The notes: generated by a model not told the origin, from the sequence alone. Positions 28,055 through 37,580 are shown, counted from the first letter of the stretch. The stretch is DNA of 64,000 bases from Pirellulales bacterium (GCA_044376405.1 JBILKZ010000002.1:1466-65465); one strand, 5' to 3'. Made by a program: numbers and translations.

Positions 28055-29965
28055 CTACGAGACGCGTGTCGGGACGTGCTGCGAGCGGGGCTTCAGCACG
28101 ACGACCGCCAGCGGCGGCAGCGTGAGCGTGAGCGAGTGCTCGCGGCCATGGTGCGGCACAGGCGACGACTGCAGCCCGCCGCCGTTGCCGGTGTTGCTGC
28201 CTCCATACCAGGCCGAGTCGCTGTTGTAGATCTCCTCGTAGGAGCCCGCGGCCGGCACACCGACCCGGTAGCCCTGCCGAAGCACCGGGGTGAAGTTGCA
28301 GCACACCACCAGCACATCACGGCTGCTGGAGCCACGACGCACGAAGGCCAGCACGCTGTCCTGCCAATTGTGGCAGTCGATCCATTCGAAGCCGCGGCCG
28401 TCGAAATCGAGTTCGTGGAGGGCTGGCTCCCGCCGCACGAGATTGTTCAGGTCGGCCACCGCGCGGGACAGGCCGCGATGGCTCTCCCCGGCGAGCAGGT
28501 GCCAGTGCAGGCTCTCGTCGAAGTTCCATTCCTGCCACTGCCCGAATTCGCCCCCCATGAAGAGCAGTTTCTTGCCGGGATGGCACCACATGTAGGCGTA
28601 GAGGAGCCGCAGGTTGGCGAATTTCTGCCAGGTATCCCCCGGCATCTGATCGAGCAGCGATCCCTTGCCGTGGACCACCTCGTCGTGCGAGAAGGGCAGT
28701 ACGAAGTTTTCGTGGAACGCGTAGATGAGGCTGAAGGTCAGTTCGTCGTGGTGATACTTGCGGTGCACGGGATCGTGCCGCATGTAGCGGAGCGTGTCGT
28801 TCATCCAGCCCATGTTCCATTTCAGGCTGAAGCCGAGGCCTCCCACGTAGGTCGGCCGTGAGACGCCGGCCCAGGCGGTCGACTCCTCCGCGATCGTGAG
28901 CACGCCCGGGTGGTGGGCATGGACCTGAACGTTGAAACTCTTGATGAAGTCGATCGCTTCGAGGTTCTCGCGGCCGCCGTGGCAGTTGGGCAGCCACTCG
29001 CCGTCCTTGCGGCTGTAGTCGAGATAGAGCATCGAGGCCACGGCATCGACCCGCAGGCCGTCGACGTGATACCGATCGAGCCAGAAGAGTGCGCTCGAAA
29101 CCAGATAGTTGGCGACCTCGTTGCGGCCGTAGTTGAAGATCAGGGTACCCCAGTCGGGATGTTCGCCCTGCCGCGGATCCTCATGCTCGTAGAGCGCGGT
29201 GCCGTCGAAGCGGCGCAGCCCGTGGCCGTCCCGTGGAAAATGGGCCGGCACCCAGTCGATGATCACACCGATGCCGGCCCGATGCAGGGCGTCGATCAGC
29301 GACATCAGGTCCTCAGGCGAACCGAACCGGCTGGTGGCCGCGAACAAGCCAATCGTCTGGTAGCCCCAGCTGGCCGAGAGCGGGTGCTCTGAGGGGGGCA
29401 GAAATTCGACGTGCGTGAATCCCATCTCCAGACAGTAAGGAATGAGTTCGCGCTCGAGTTCCGCATAGGTGAGCCAGCGGTGCGGGGCATTGCCTGGCCG
29501 CCTCCAGCTTCCAAGATGCACCTCGTAGATGGTGAGCGGCGACGACAGGCTGTTGTGGGCTGCCCGCTTCCCCATCCACTCCTGATCGCGCCACGAATAG
29601 CTGGCGAGGTCGATTACCTTGGAGGCCGTCCGGGGCGGCACCTCGGCCCCGAAGCCATAGGGATCGGCCCGATCGCTGAAGCTCCCGTCCGCGTGGACGC
29701 GATATTTGTAGAGCGTGCCGGCACCGATGCCCGGCACGAACAGTTCCCAGATGCCCGACGACGGCATGCGTTTTTTCATCGCATGCCGCTGGCCGTCCCA
29801 GCCGTTGAAATCCCCGACCACGCTCACGGCCTCGGCGTTGGGGGCCCAAACGGCGAAATTCACGCCCGCCACGCCCTCGGCGACATGCAGCTGCGCCCCG
29901 AGCTTCTCGTAGCTCTTCCAGTGGCGGCCCTCGCCTAGCAGATGGAGGTCATAGTCGGTGAGCAT
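28055..29965 (-). CDS. glgB: 1,4-alpha-glucan branching enzyme
   Basis: [48 protein letters not shown], and ESTAW...[10 protein letters not shown]. The ATG at 29965 ([10 protein letters not shown]) is preferred. Confidence 0.93.
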   Translation of the reverse strand: MLTDYDLHLLGEGRHWKSYEKLGAQLHVAEGVAGVNFAVWAPNAEAVSVVGDFNGWDGQRHAMKKRMPSSGIWELFVPGIGAGTLYKYRVHADGSFSDRADPYGFGAEVPPRTASKVIDLASYSWRDQEWMGKRAAHNSLSSPLTIYEVHLGSWRRPGNAPHRWLTYAELERELIPYCLEMGFTHVEFLPPSEHPLSASWGYQTIGLFAATSRFGSPEDLMSLIDALHRAGIGVIIDWVPAHFPRDGHGLRRFDGTALYEHEDPRQGEHPDWGTLIFNYGRNEVANYLVSSALFWLDRYHVDGLRVDAVASMLYLDYSRKDGEWLPNCHGGRENLEAIDFIKSFNVQVHAHHPGVLTIAEESTAWAGVSRPTYVGGLGFSLKWNMGWMNDTLRYMRHDPVHRKYHHDELTFSLIYAFHENFVLPFSHDEVVHGKGSLLDQMPGDTWQKFANLRLLYAYMWCHPGKKLLFMGGEFGQWQEWNFDESLHWHLLAGESHRGLSRAVADLNNLVRREPALHELDFDGRGFEWIDCHNWQDSVLAFVRRGSSSRDVLVVCCNFTPVLRQGYRVGVPAAGSYEEIYNSDSAWYGGSNTGNGGGLQSSPVPHHGREHSLTLTLPPLAVVVLKPRSQHVPTRVS

Positions 29966-30089
29966 GGGGCCACATGGTATCGTTCCCGGCTGCGGTCCGA
30001 CTACCGGAGTCCGTTCGTACCGCCACGAAACGACATGACCGTGCCGGCATGGGCGGTCACGACACACCTCGCTGGAGAGAGGAACCTGC

Positions 30090-30737
30090 ATGGGATTCGA
30101 ACGCTTTGCACCGGTGGAACGGCGGATCGACATCGACGGCCGTCCGCTTTCCGTCTGGCGGCCCCCCGACATGGAGGCGCTCATCGACCTCGTGGCCTTC
30201 GACGAGGACGAGCGGATTCCCTACTGGGCAGACGTCTGGGAGTCGGCGATCGTGCTCGCCGAGGAACTCGCGGCCGTCGACGGGACGGGGCAGACCCTCC
30301 TGGAGCTCGGCAGTGGCCTGGGCCTGCCCTCGCTGGCGGCCGCCCGCGCCGGCTTTGCCGTGACCGCCACCGACTACGAGTCACCGGCACTGGAAGGCGT
30401 GCGGTACAACGCCGCCCGCAACGGACTCGACACGATCACCACGCGCGAGCTCGACTGGCGCAAGCTCCCCGCCGACCTGGGCCGCTACGACCGCGTGGTC
30501 GCGGCCGACGTGCTCTACGAATCGCACCATCCGGCGGCGCTCGCCGACGTGATCGCCCGCACGCTCAAGCCCGACGGCCTCGCACTCGTGGCCGATCCCT
30601 GTCGGCAGAAGGCGGCGGGCTTCGAACCGGCCGCCCGCGCGGCGGGGCTGGGGATCGTCAAGCAGCAGGCCCGCCGGCCGCGTGGTGCGACCGACGGGCC
30701 TGCCGTCGAGATCTACTGCGTGACGTTTCCGGGCTGA
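30090..30737 (+). CDS. class I SAM-dependent methyltransferase (Methyltransf_16-like)
   Basis: [18 protein letters not shown]...[19 protein letters not shown]...VAADVLYE. Confidence 0.8.
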   Translation: MGFERFAPVERRIDIDGRPLSVWRPPDMEALIDLVAFDEDERIPYWADVWESAIVLAEELAAVDGTGQTLLELGSGLGLPSLAAARAGFAVTATDYESPALEGVRYNAARNGLDTITTRELDWRKLPADLGRYDRVVAADVLYESHHPAALADVIARTLKPDGLALVADPCRQKAAGFEPAARAAGLGIVKQQARRPRGATDGPAVEIYCVTFPG

Positions 30738-30743
30738 GCTGAT

Positions 30744-31514
30744 TTAGGCAACAAGCCGCATCTCGGGGACTTCGCCGGTGATGCCGATCACGAATTCCTC
30801 GAAGATCTTCACGTCGAGTGCCGAGGCGCTCTCCGCCTCGGGGTGGAACTGCGTGCCGATCGCCACCCAGCCCTCGACGGCACTTTCGATCGCCTCGACC
30901 ACGCCATCCGGGGCCCGGGCGGTCACCTTGAAGCTCTCGGCGACGTCGTCGATGCCCATGTGGTGCATGCTGTTGACGCGAATCTCGCCGTCGCCATAGA
31001 CGCGCTCCATCACGGAGCCGGGCTCCACGACGAGGGCGTGCCGGTGCGACTGATCGATCGGATCCTTGTGCGGGATCGCCTTGGGGAGATCCTCGGGGAT
31101 GTGCAGGAACAGCGTGCCCCCCTCGGTAATGTTGAGCAATTGCATGCCGCTGCCGATCGCCAGCACGGGCATGTGCCGGGCGCAGATGTGCTTGGCCAGC
31201 AGGCGGTCGAAGTCTTCACGACGGGCGTCCATCGGCCGCACGGATGGGTGCGGCATGTAGCCGTCGCGACGCGGGTCGAGGTCGGCCCCTCCCACCAACA
31301 CCACGCCGTCGAGCAGATCGAGCAGGCGAATGACGTCTTCCTCATCGGCCAGGGGCGGCAGGATCACAGGAATGCCACCTGCGGCAGTGATGCCGTCGTA
31401 GTAGCCGGCCGCGACGAACGACAGGGCGGCGTGCTCCTTGCGGGTCGAGCGGTAGTCGGTGTTGATGCCAATGAGGGGTTTGACAGCCATGGGGTTCCTC
31501 TGAAAAAGCGACAA
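30744..31514 (-). CDS. class I glutamine amidotransferase / peptidase C26 (PuuD-like) family protein, nucleophile Cys absent
   Basis: LIGINTDY..., GVVLVGGADLDPRRDGY, VNSMHH, and GTQFHPE. The expected LGICRGMQLLN elbow reads LAIGSGMQLLN. Confidence 0.8.
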   Translation of the reverse strand: MSLFQRNPMAVKPLIGINTDYRSTRKEHAALSFVAAGYYDGITAAGGIPVILPPLADEEDVIRLLDLLDGVVLVGGADLDPRRDGYMPHPSVRPMDARREDFDRLLAKHICARHMPVLAIGSGMQLLNITEGGTLFLHIPEDLPKAIPHKDPIDQSHRHALVVEPGSVMERVYGDGEIRVNSMHHMGIDDVAESFKVTARAPDGVVEAIESAVEGWVAIGTQFHPEAESASALDVKIFEEFVIGITGEVPEMRLVA

Positions 31515-32008
31515 GCCGGCATCCTGCCGACCGGCCCGGCGACGTGGTGGTCATTCAGACCCCCGAGTGCCGTTGGCTGACTCCCTCCCCACGCGCCACT
31601 CCCCGGATCACGCGCCGACGCGTGAGTGACCATGCCCGCACCCGCGGCCCACCTGGGGCTCGAGCACTGGCAGCGTCATCCCTAACGCTTCGACCGTCAT
31701 CCTGTCGGAGCCGCACGCCGGGCGGGTGCCATCCTGGCACCGGGCCGGCACCCCACCGGGGTACCGGGCCAATTCCGTCGTTCGAGCCACGATCCGATCA
31801 ACTCAGCCGATCGCAACGGATCCATCCGTTGGTCGCGTCCTGCAAGCCGCCTCACGGCTGCCGCAGACGCAACGGGCGAGAACGTATCGGGCCACCGACG
31901 CAAGGCAAGGATTTTTCTGATTTTGTGGTGGCAGCCGCGCCCGCACCCCCATATCCGGTGCTAGCACGCCCGGTGCTAGCAGATCGTGGCAGGGTCGCCC
32001 CTGGCGGC

Positions 32009-33007
32009 TCAGGCCCCGATCCAAATGGCCGACGTGAAGCTGCGGAGCCATGTCAGCTGCCGCTTGGCCAGTTGCCGCGTCCGCTGTTGCGTGAGCAAAA
32101 TCGCTTGATTCGGCGTCATTTTTCCCGCCAGCACCTCGAGCGCCTCGGCATAGCCCGCTGCCTGACAGGCCGTCGCGCCGATGCCACCGGGCTGGGCGGC
32201 GGCGACGCGCGTCTCCTCGATGAGCCCCTCGGCAAACATCGCCTCCACCCGCAGGTCGATCCGGTCGCGAAGCGTTCGCCGCGGCTGGTCGAGGACGAGC
32301 ATCTGCCGGGCAAACACCGGGTGCAGCGGCTGCGGATCGGCCCACGACGAGGGCATCGGCTGCCCCGTCACCTCCACCACCTCCAGAGCACGAATGATTC
32401 GCCGGGCATCGTTCGGATGGATCCGGGCGGCCGCCACGGGATCGACCTCCGCCAGACGAGCGTGCAGACGGCCGGAGCCTTTCGCCTGTATTTCCGCCTC
32501 CAACGAATGCCGGAGTTCGGGATCGCCGGCCGGCTGCGGGTCGAGACCGTCGCGGAGGGCCCGCAGGTAGAGCGGCGTTCCACCCACGAAGAGCACGCGT
32601 TTTCCGCGACGCCGGCAGGATTCCACGGCGGCCGCCGCATCGGCCAGCCAGCGGGCCACGGTGTAGATTTCGCCCGACTCCACGACATCGACGAGGTGGT
32701 GGGGCACCTCCGCCCGCTGGGTAGGCGTGGGCTTGGCCGTGCCGATATCGAGCCCCCGGTAGACCGCCATCGAATCGACGCTCACGATTTCCGCGTCGAG
32801 CCGGCGGGCCAGAAGCAGGCTGAGGGCTGTTTTTCCAGACGCGGTGGGCCCGGAGAGAATCCAGCAATCGTCGCCCAGGGCCGGCCTGACGAGGCCGCCC
32901 AACGCCGACTGCGGTTCGACGAACGGCACCACCCGGCATGGTAGAGTTGGAGGCCCTTCCGGAGCGGCCGGCGGGGCGGCCTCATGCTGGTGACTGTCTG
33001 GAGCCAT
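32009..33007 (-). CDS. miaA: tRNA dimethylallyltransferase
   Basis: ILSGPTASGKTALSLLLA...EIVSVDSMAVYRGLDIGTAKPT...PHHLVDVV. The start is uncertain: 33082, 33007, or a GTG near 32932. Confidence 0.88.
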   Translation of the reverse strand: MAPDSHQHEAAPPAAPEGPPTLPCRVVPFVEPQSALGGLVRPALGDDCWILSGPTASGKTALSLLLARRLDAEIVSVDSMAVYRGLDIGTAKPTPTQRAEVPHHLVDVVESGEIYTVARWLADAAAAVESCRRRGKRVLFVGGTPLYLRALRDGLDPQPAGDPELRHSLEAEIQAKGSGRLHARLAEVDPVAAARIHPNDARRIIRALEVVEVTGQPMPSSWADPQPLHPVFARQMLVLDQPRRTLRDRIDLRVEAMFAEGLIEETRVAAAQPGGIGATACQAAGYAEALEVLAGKMTPNQAILLTQQRTRQLAKRQLTWLRSFTSAIWIGA

Positions 33008-33009
33008 CG

Positions 33010-33393
33010 ATGCGTCGGTTGGGCGAAACCCTGGAAAACCTGGAGCAGGTGGTGGTGGCGCGGAAGGGCGATCCTTCTGCACGATCCTACACCAGCCGGC
33101 TGCTCGCCGGCGGCGTGCCCGCCATCGGCGCCAAGGTCACCGAAGAGGCCGGCGAACTGGTCGCGGCCGCTGACCATGAAACCGACGAGCGGGTCGTCTC
33201 CGAGGCGGCCGACCTCGTCTACCACATGCTCGTCCTGCTCGCCTGCCGCGGCGTGGGCCTCTCCCAAGTGGAGGACGAACTCGCCCGCCGGTTCGGCATC
33301 TCCGGACTCGACGAGAAGGCGGCTCGTACCGCCGGCGGCGGCCACCACAACTCGCCCTCCACTTCTCAACGCACCGACGGAGCCAATTCGTGA
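33010..33393 (+). CDS. hisE: phosphoribosyl-ATP pyrophosphatase
   Basis: LENLEQVVVARKGDPSARSYTSRLLAGG...KVTEEAGELV...EAADLVYHMLVLL. Confidence 0.85.
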   Translation: MRRLGETLENLEQVVVARKGDPSARSYTSRLLAGGVPAIGAKVTEEAGELVAAADHETDERVVSEAADLVYHMLVLLACRGVGLSQVEDELARRFGISGLDEKAARTAGGGHHNSPSTSQRTDGANS

Positions 33394-34259
33394 GCGATCA
33401 CGCTAAAACACCGCTCTTGCGGATCGGCGTTCCCAGCAAGGGACGCCTCGCAGAAATCTCTGCGCAACTCCTCAACGATGCCGGCGTCTCTTTCCGCCGC
33501 AACGAACGAAGCCTGTTCGCCCTCTGCCGTGGCATGCAGGTCGAAGTGATTTTCCTGCGGACCGACGACATCCCCGTGCTGACGGCCGAGGGGGCGATCG
33601 ATCTGGGCATCACTGGTGCCGACCTCGTGGCCGAAAGCGGCGAGAAGCTCATCCATCGGCTCGATCTCGGCATCGGCTCCTGCCGGCTGGCCCTCTGTGT
33701 CGCCGACGATTCCCCCGTGACCGACGCCCGTCAGCTCGCGGGCAAGCGGGTTGCCACCAGCTTCCCACGGATCACGCGGCAGTGGCTGGCGGAGCGGGGC
33801 GTGGAGGCCCACTTCGTGGAGCTGTCCGGGAGCGTCGAGATCATGATCAACCTCGGCGTGGCAGACGCCATCGTTGACTTGGTCGAGACAGGCAGCACGC
33901 TCGCCGCCAACCGGCTCCGCGTGCTCGACGAGATCGGCCGATATGAAACGGTGCTCGTGCAGAACGAAAAGGTTCGCGACGCGGCGACCGCCGACCGGAT
34001 CGTACGGCGGCTGGAGGGGATCGTGATCGCTCGCAACTGGTCGCTGCTCGAATACAACGTGCCGAGAACTCGGCTGGCCGAGGCCGAGAAAATCACCCCC
34101 GGCTTCAACTCACCGACGGTCAGTGGACTTGAAGACCCCGACTGGTGCGCCGTGCGGGCGATGGTGAAGCGCGGCGAGGCCCACGCGATCATGGAGCGGC
34201 TCGACGCCATCGGCGCTTCGGCGATCATCGAAACACAGATCGCCAACTGCCGCCTGTAA
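33390..34259 (+). CDS. hisG: ATP phosphoribosyltransferase (long form)
   Basis: LRIGVPSKGRLAE...FLRTDDIPVLTAEGAIDLGITGADLV...DLVETGSTLAANRL, plus a C-terminal regulatory domain. GTGA overlap with hisE. Confidence 0.92.
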   Translation: MSDHAKTPLLRIGVPSKGRLAEISAQLLNDAGVSFRRNERSLFALCRGMQVEVIFLRTDDIPVLTAEGAIDLGITGADLVAESGEKLIHRLDLGIGSCRLALCVADDSPVTDARQLAGKRVATSFPRITRQWLAERGVEAHFVELSGSVEIMINLGVADAIVDLVETGSTLAANRLRVLDEIGRYETVLVQNEKVRDAATADRIVRRLEGIVIARNWSLLEYNVPRTRLAEAEKITPGFNSPTVSGLEDPDWCAVRAMVKRGEAHAIMERLDAIGASAIIETQIANCRL

Positions 34260-34327
34260 AAAAGGTGCCAGCCACCAAATCTGGGCAAGATGCCAGCTTC
34301 CCCAATTTTGGTGGCTGGCACCTTTTT
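34259..34327. terminator. bidirectional hairpin between convergent hisG and DUF1559 genes (repeat family R1)
   Basis: aaaaaggtgccagccaccaaa-N27-tttggtggctggcaccttttt has perfect 21-nt arms with an A-run on one side and a T-run on the other. It fills the gap between the two stop codons exactly. Confidence 0.7.
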
Positions 34328-35283
34328 CAGTCGACGGCGGCGACCTCGCCGCCCGAGGCGCTTGCCAACGCGGCCCACGTGGTGCGGTCGATGGCTGCGG
34401 CAATGAAACGCATCGCCCCGTCTCCCATCACGACGTTCGCACCGGCAGGGTGCTGCGAATACATCTGGTCGCAATGCCCGGCCGGGTCGTTGGGCACGTG
34501 AATGATGCCCGCCTCGCCGGCCGCAGGGCCGCTGTGCGACAGCACGAGGGCCGCGGCGTGCTCGGCAGCCGTGGTACCACGAAAGGCATCGGCCGGGTGA
34601 CTGAATCCGCCCGCCACGATCCCAGCCCAGGACTTTTGCGAGAGGGCCTGCGAGTGTTCGCCCACGAACACGGTCTTTGACAGACCATCGATCACCTCGG
34701 CTGCTCGCAGCCTTGAGTTGCGATAGAGCGGTCCGTTGGCGATGCCGCGCCATTCAACACGGGGTGATCCATCCCAGGGATCCTCATGGCCGGCGTTGGC
34801 GACATAGTCACTGCGACCAAGCATCGCCCCAGATCCGTGGGCCGCGCCGCTGGCATCGAGGACGGCGAACGCATCGCGAAGGCCGGTTGACGATGGGCAC
34901 AGGAAGGTCGTCAGCCGGCGTGAAACGATCGGTCGATTGGCGACGGCAGCCACCCCAGCCGTCGCATCGTAGGCTGCCGCAGCGGCCCCCTCCTCCAGAT
35001 ACGGAGCGATCGCCAGGCCCCACCCCGTGCCAGGCGGTGCGTCGAACGTGGCGGGATCGCGGCCAGCGGCCGCAGTGTCGGCCAGATACCCGGACGGAAA
35101 GTGACGACGTGCGTCGAGGAAGGTCTGCATCGCGATGCCGATCTGGCGGAGGCTATTGCCACACTGTCCCCGACGAGCAGACTCCCGGGCCGCCTGCACC
35201 GCGGGCAGGAGCAGGCCCACGAGCCCGCCGATGATCGCGATCACGACCAGCAGTTCCACCAGCGTGAATCCGCGACGCCGCAT
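34327..35283 (-). CDS. DUF1559 protein with prepilin-type N-terminal methylation motif and H-X9-DG motif
   Basis: MRRRGFTLVELLVVIAIIGGLVGLLLPAVQAARESARR, and C-terminal HPAGANVVMGDG. The ATG at 35283 is preceded by GAGGAG. The track start is 35304. Confidence 0.9.
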   Translation of the reverse strand: MRRRGFTLVELLVVIAIIGGLVGLLLPAVQAARESARRGQCGNSLRQIGIAMQTFLDARRHFPSGYLADTAAAGRDPATFDAPPGTGWGLAIAPYLEEGAAAAAYDATAGVAAVANRPIVSRRLTTFLCPSSTGLRDAFAVLDASGAAHGSGAMLGRSDYVANAGHEDPWDGSPRVEWRGIANGPLYRNSRLRAAEVIDGLSKTVFVGEHSQALSQKSWAGIVAGGFSHPADAFRGTTAAEHAAALVLSHSGPAAGEAGIIHVPNDPAGHCDQMYSQHPAGANVVMGDGAMRFIAAAIDRTTWAALASASGGEVAAVD

Positions 35284-35321
35284 ATTTTGGCTCCTCAAAA
35301 CCATGATTTTGACTTCTCAAA

Positions 35322-35350
35322 ATATTAGTTTTGGTGGCCCAAAAAGTCAA
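35322..35350 (-). promoter_or_regulatory. sigma70-like promoter for the DUF1559 gene
   Basis: The minus strand reads TTGACT-17 nt-TAATAT, about 40 nt upstream of the ATG at 35283, in an A/T-rich patch. Confidence 0.45.
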
Positions 35351-35384
35351 TGCGGGGGGTGCGGGGCTCAAACATGCATCGCGG

Positions 35385-35478
35385 ATTCCCTCGCTCGCGC
35401 GTCGGGCTTGCATGGGAGCGGGGAGTCAATTGCTTATGAGCGGGGCTCCATCCAAGCCCGCAGCGCAAGCAAGGGAAT
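35385..35478. repeat. inverted pair of REP-like units
   Basis: Left arm attccctcgctcgcgcgtcgggcttgcatgggagc. The right arm reverse-complements to attcccttgcttgcgctgcgggcttggatggagc. The centre contains CAATTG. Same unit as 10389-10419. Confidence 0.7.
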
Positions 35479-35530
35479 GATCCTCACCATAGTGAGCCCA
35501 AAAATGGTGACTGTCACCTTTTTCAGCTCG

Positions 35531-36322
35531 TTAGGCGTGGCCGCCGAGAATCTCCCGTAGCCGCATGCCCGGGAGCCGGCCGAGGGCGAGCGGTTCCACG
35601 CCCTCGCCAAACGTCGCCACCGTCTCGTTCCGCGACGACCAATCGACCTGCTCGATCGCTGCGAGTTGGACAATGTACGACCGGCCCACCCGCGCAAAAG
35701 CGCTCGTAGGCAGAACCTTGTCCCAATAGGTCAGCCGGCGACGGAAGAGCACGACGCCTACCGGTGGCTTGAGCGCCACCCGCGTGTAGTTACGAAGCGA
35801 CTCGATCCAGCAGATGTCACTGACGGTCACCACATTCGACGTGGTCTTGCCGGCCAAGGGCACGTTCACCACGTCATCAAGCCCCAGGACCGCCACGGCT
35901 GCAGCCTCGTCCGCGTCGAGGTCGTCGGTGCCCTGCTCGCGGTCCCCTCTCGGCCGGCCCCGCGTGCCGGCAGCCTGCTTCTGGAGGCGGGCGACCGTGT
36001 CGGCGAGTCTTTCGGGATCAACAGGCTTCACGAGATAGTCGAGGGCCGCAGCAGCGAACGCCTGCACGGCATACTTCTCGCGAGCCGTGACAAACACCAC
36101 CTGTGTGGCATCGGACACATCCTTGAGCAGGTCGAAACCGCTGCCCCCCGGCATTTCCACGTCGAGAAATACGACGTCCGGCGAATGCGTTTCGAGAAAG
36201 GCCCGGGCCTCGGCGACGTTCCCGGCGACGCCGGAGACGACGATCTCCGGATAGGCTGAGAGGAGTTTCTGCATCCGTTCATTGGCACGAGGCTCGTCGT
36301 CGACGAGCAGGGCCGTGATCAT
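35531..36322 (-). CDS. LytTR-family response regulator
   Basis: Receiver MITALLVDDEP...DVVFLDVEMPGGSGFDLL. C-terminal LytTR-like ICWIESLRNYTRVAL...FARVGRSYIV. An alternative ATG at 36367 lies 1 nt after the kinase stop. Confidence 0.88.
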   Translation of the reverse strand: MITALLVDDEPRANERMQKLLSAYPEIVVSGVAGNVAEARAFLETHSPDVVFLDVEMPGGSGFDLLKDVSDATQVVFVTAREKYAVQAFAAAALDYLVKPVDPERLADTVARLQKQAAGTRGRPRGDREQGTDDLDADEAAAVAVLGLDDVVNVPLAGKTTSNVVTVSDICWIESLRNYTRVALKPPVGVVLFRRRLTYWDKVLPTSAFARVGRSYIVQLAAIEQVDWSSRNETVATFGEGVEPLALGRLPGMRLREILGGHA

Positions 36323-36368
36323 CGTGCTATCCGGAGGGATGCGGGCGGCTTGTGAGACTGAAGGCATG

Positions 36369-37580
36369 TCAGACGAGTTCCTCAGCTGGGGTCGGTTCGC
36401 GGACGGCCGGCGATGGCTGGGTGAGCGTCGCAGGCATCCGGATGACGACCCGCACCCAGCCGCCATCGAGGTCCGGGTCGATCACCGTATCGACGGTGGC
36501 CGCCTCATCGACCAGCAGGGCCATCCGCTTGCGGAGCGAACGGATCCCAGTGGAGGGCGAACGCGACGTGTCGGGCGGCACCCATCGGCCGGTGTTGGCG
36601 ACCACCACCTCGAGCCAGCCATCGGCCACCTTCGCCGTCACGCTCACCCGCAGCGGCATGCTGCTCGTCTGGGCTCCATAGTGCAGCGCGTTTTCGAGGA
36701 TCGGCTGAATCAGCATCGGCGGCACGATCACGGCATGGGCTGCCCTGTCGCATGAGAAACGGCAGACGAGGTTGTCGCCAAACCGCGCCTGCTGAACAGC
36801 AAGGTATTTCTCGAGGGCCTGCAATTCCCGTGACAGCGGCTCAAACTCGCGGGCCTCTTCGAGCGTGAACCGTAGATAGTCGGCGAGGTCGCGGGTGACG
36901 CTCTCCACGGCCTCGGGGTCGTCCTTGCTGGCCGCCACGGCGTTGAGCGCATTGAAAAGGAAATGCGGATTCATCTGCGCCTGCAGTTGCCGCAGTTCGA
37001 ACGTGCGGGCCTCCGCCTCCGCCTTGAGCATCCGGAGTTCCAGATCCATCGCGGTCGCCTCGTTCTCCGCGAGCAGGATCTTTGCCCGGTAGAGATCCTC
37101 GATCAGCTCCAGCCCGAAGACGATCAAGCACCAGAGGCCCGCCGCGATCAGCCGCGGCACGAGCGGCCCGAGCGTCGTCTCACGGGTCCAGTTCGTGGGC
37201 CCGCCGACGCCGCCGCCGATGAGCAGCAGAATCGATGCTGCGAGCGCTACCACCGCCACGCCCACCATCAGCGGCCACCGCACCTTCCGCGGCAGCTCGC
37301 GGAGCCGCGGCAAATCGAACAGCAGATAGACAAGGCTCGAAACCACGAAGCCGGTGGCCACTCGCAGTGCGACCGGCAGCCACGGCATCGGCTCGCCGGG
37401 CTTGAAAGCCATGCTCATCCCCAACACGGCCGCGCCAATTGCCAGCCAGAACACGACTTGGAATGCCCAGAAGATCCGCTTCCGCCACCGAGGAAGCGCC
37501 CGCCGAAGCGCCGCCATCCTTGGCGGCACGACCCCCGTCGCATTCGCAGCGGGCAAGCGGGCGATTGGAGTCGAATCCAT
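36369..37580 (-). CDS. LytS/YehU-type sensor histidine kinase
   Basis: 5-6 N-terminal TM helices, a coiled linker, His-kinase motif QMNPHFLFNALN, and the ATPase N-box PMLIQPILENALHYG. Confidence 0.88.
   Translation of the reverse strand: MDSTPIARLPAANATGVVPPRMAALRRALPRWRKRIFWAFQVVFWLAIGAAVLGMSMAFKPGEPMPWLPVALRVATGFVVSSLVYLLFDLPRLRELPRKVRWPLMVGVAVVALAASILLLIGGGVGGPTNWTRETTLGPLVPRLIAAGLWCLIVFGLELIEDLYRAKILLAENEATAMDLELRMLKAEAEARTFELRQLQAQMNPHFLFNALNAVAASKDDPEAVESVTRDLADYLRFTLEEAREFEPLSRELQALEKYLAVQQARFGDNLVCRFSCDRAAHAVIVPPMLIQPILENALHYGAQTSSMPLRVSVTAKVADGWLEVVVANTGRWVPPDTSRSPSTGIRSLRKRMALLVDEAATVDTVIDPDLDGGWVRVVIRMPATLTQPSPAVREPTPAEELV

Noticed and set aside
31515-32008. tmRNA, RNase P RNA or SRP RNA in the long intergenic gap
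   Set aside because: I could not find the hallmark conserved strings on either strand: the RNase P P4 GAGGAAAGTCC-type sequence, a tmRNA tRNA-like 3' end with a GGTTCGA-type T-arm, or the SRP GGAA/AGCA domain IV. The region is kept only as an unexplained structured gap.
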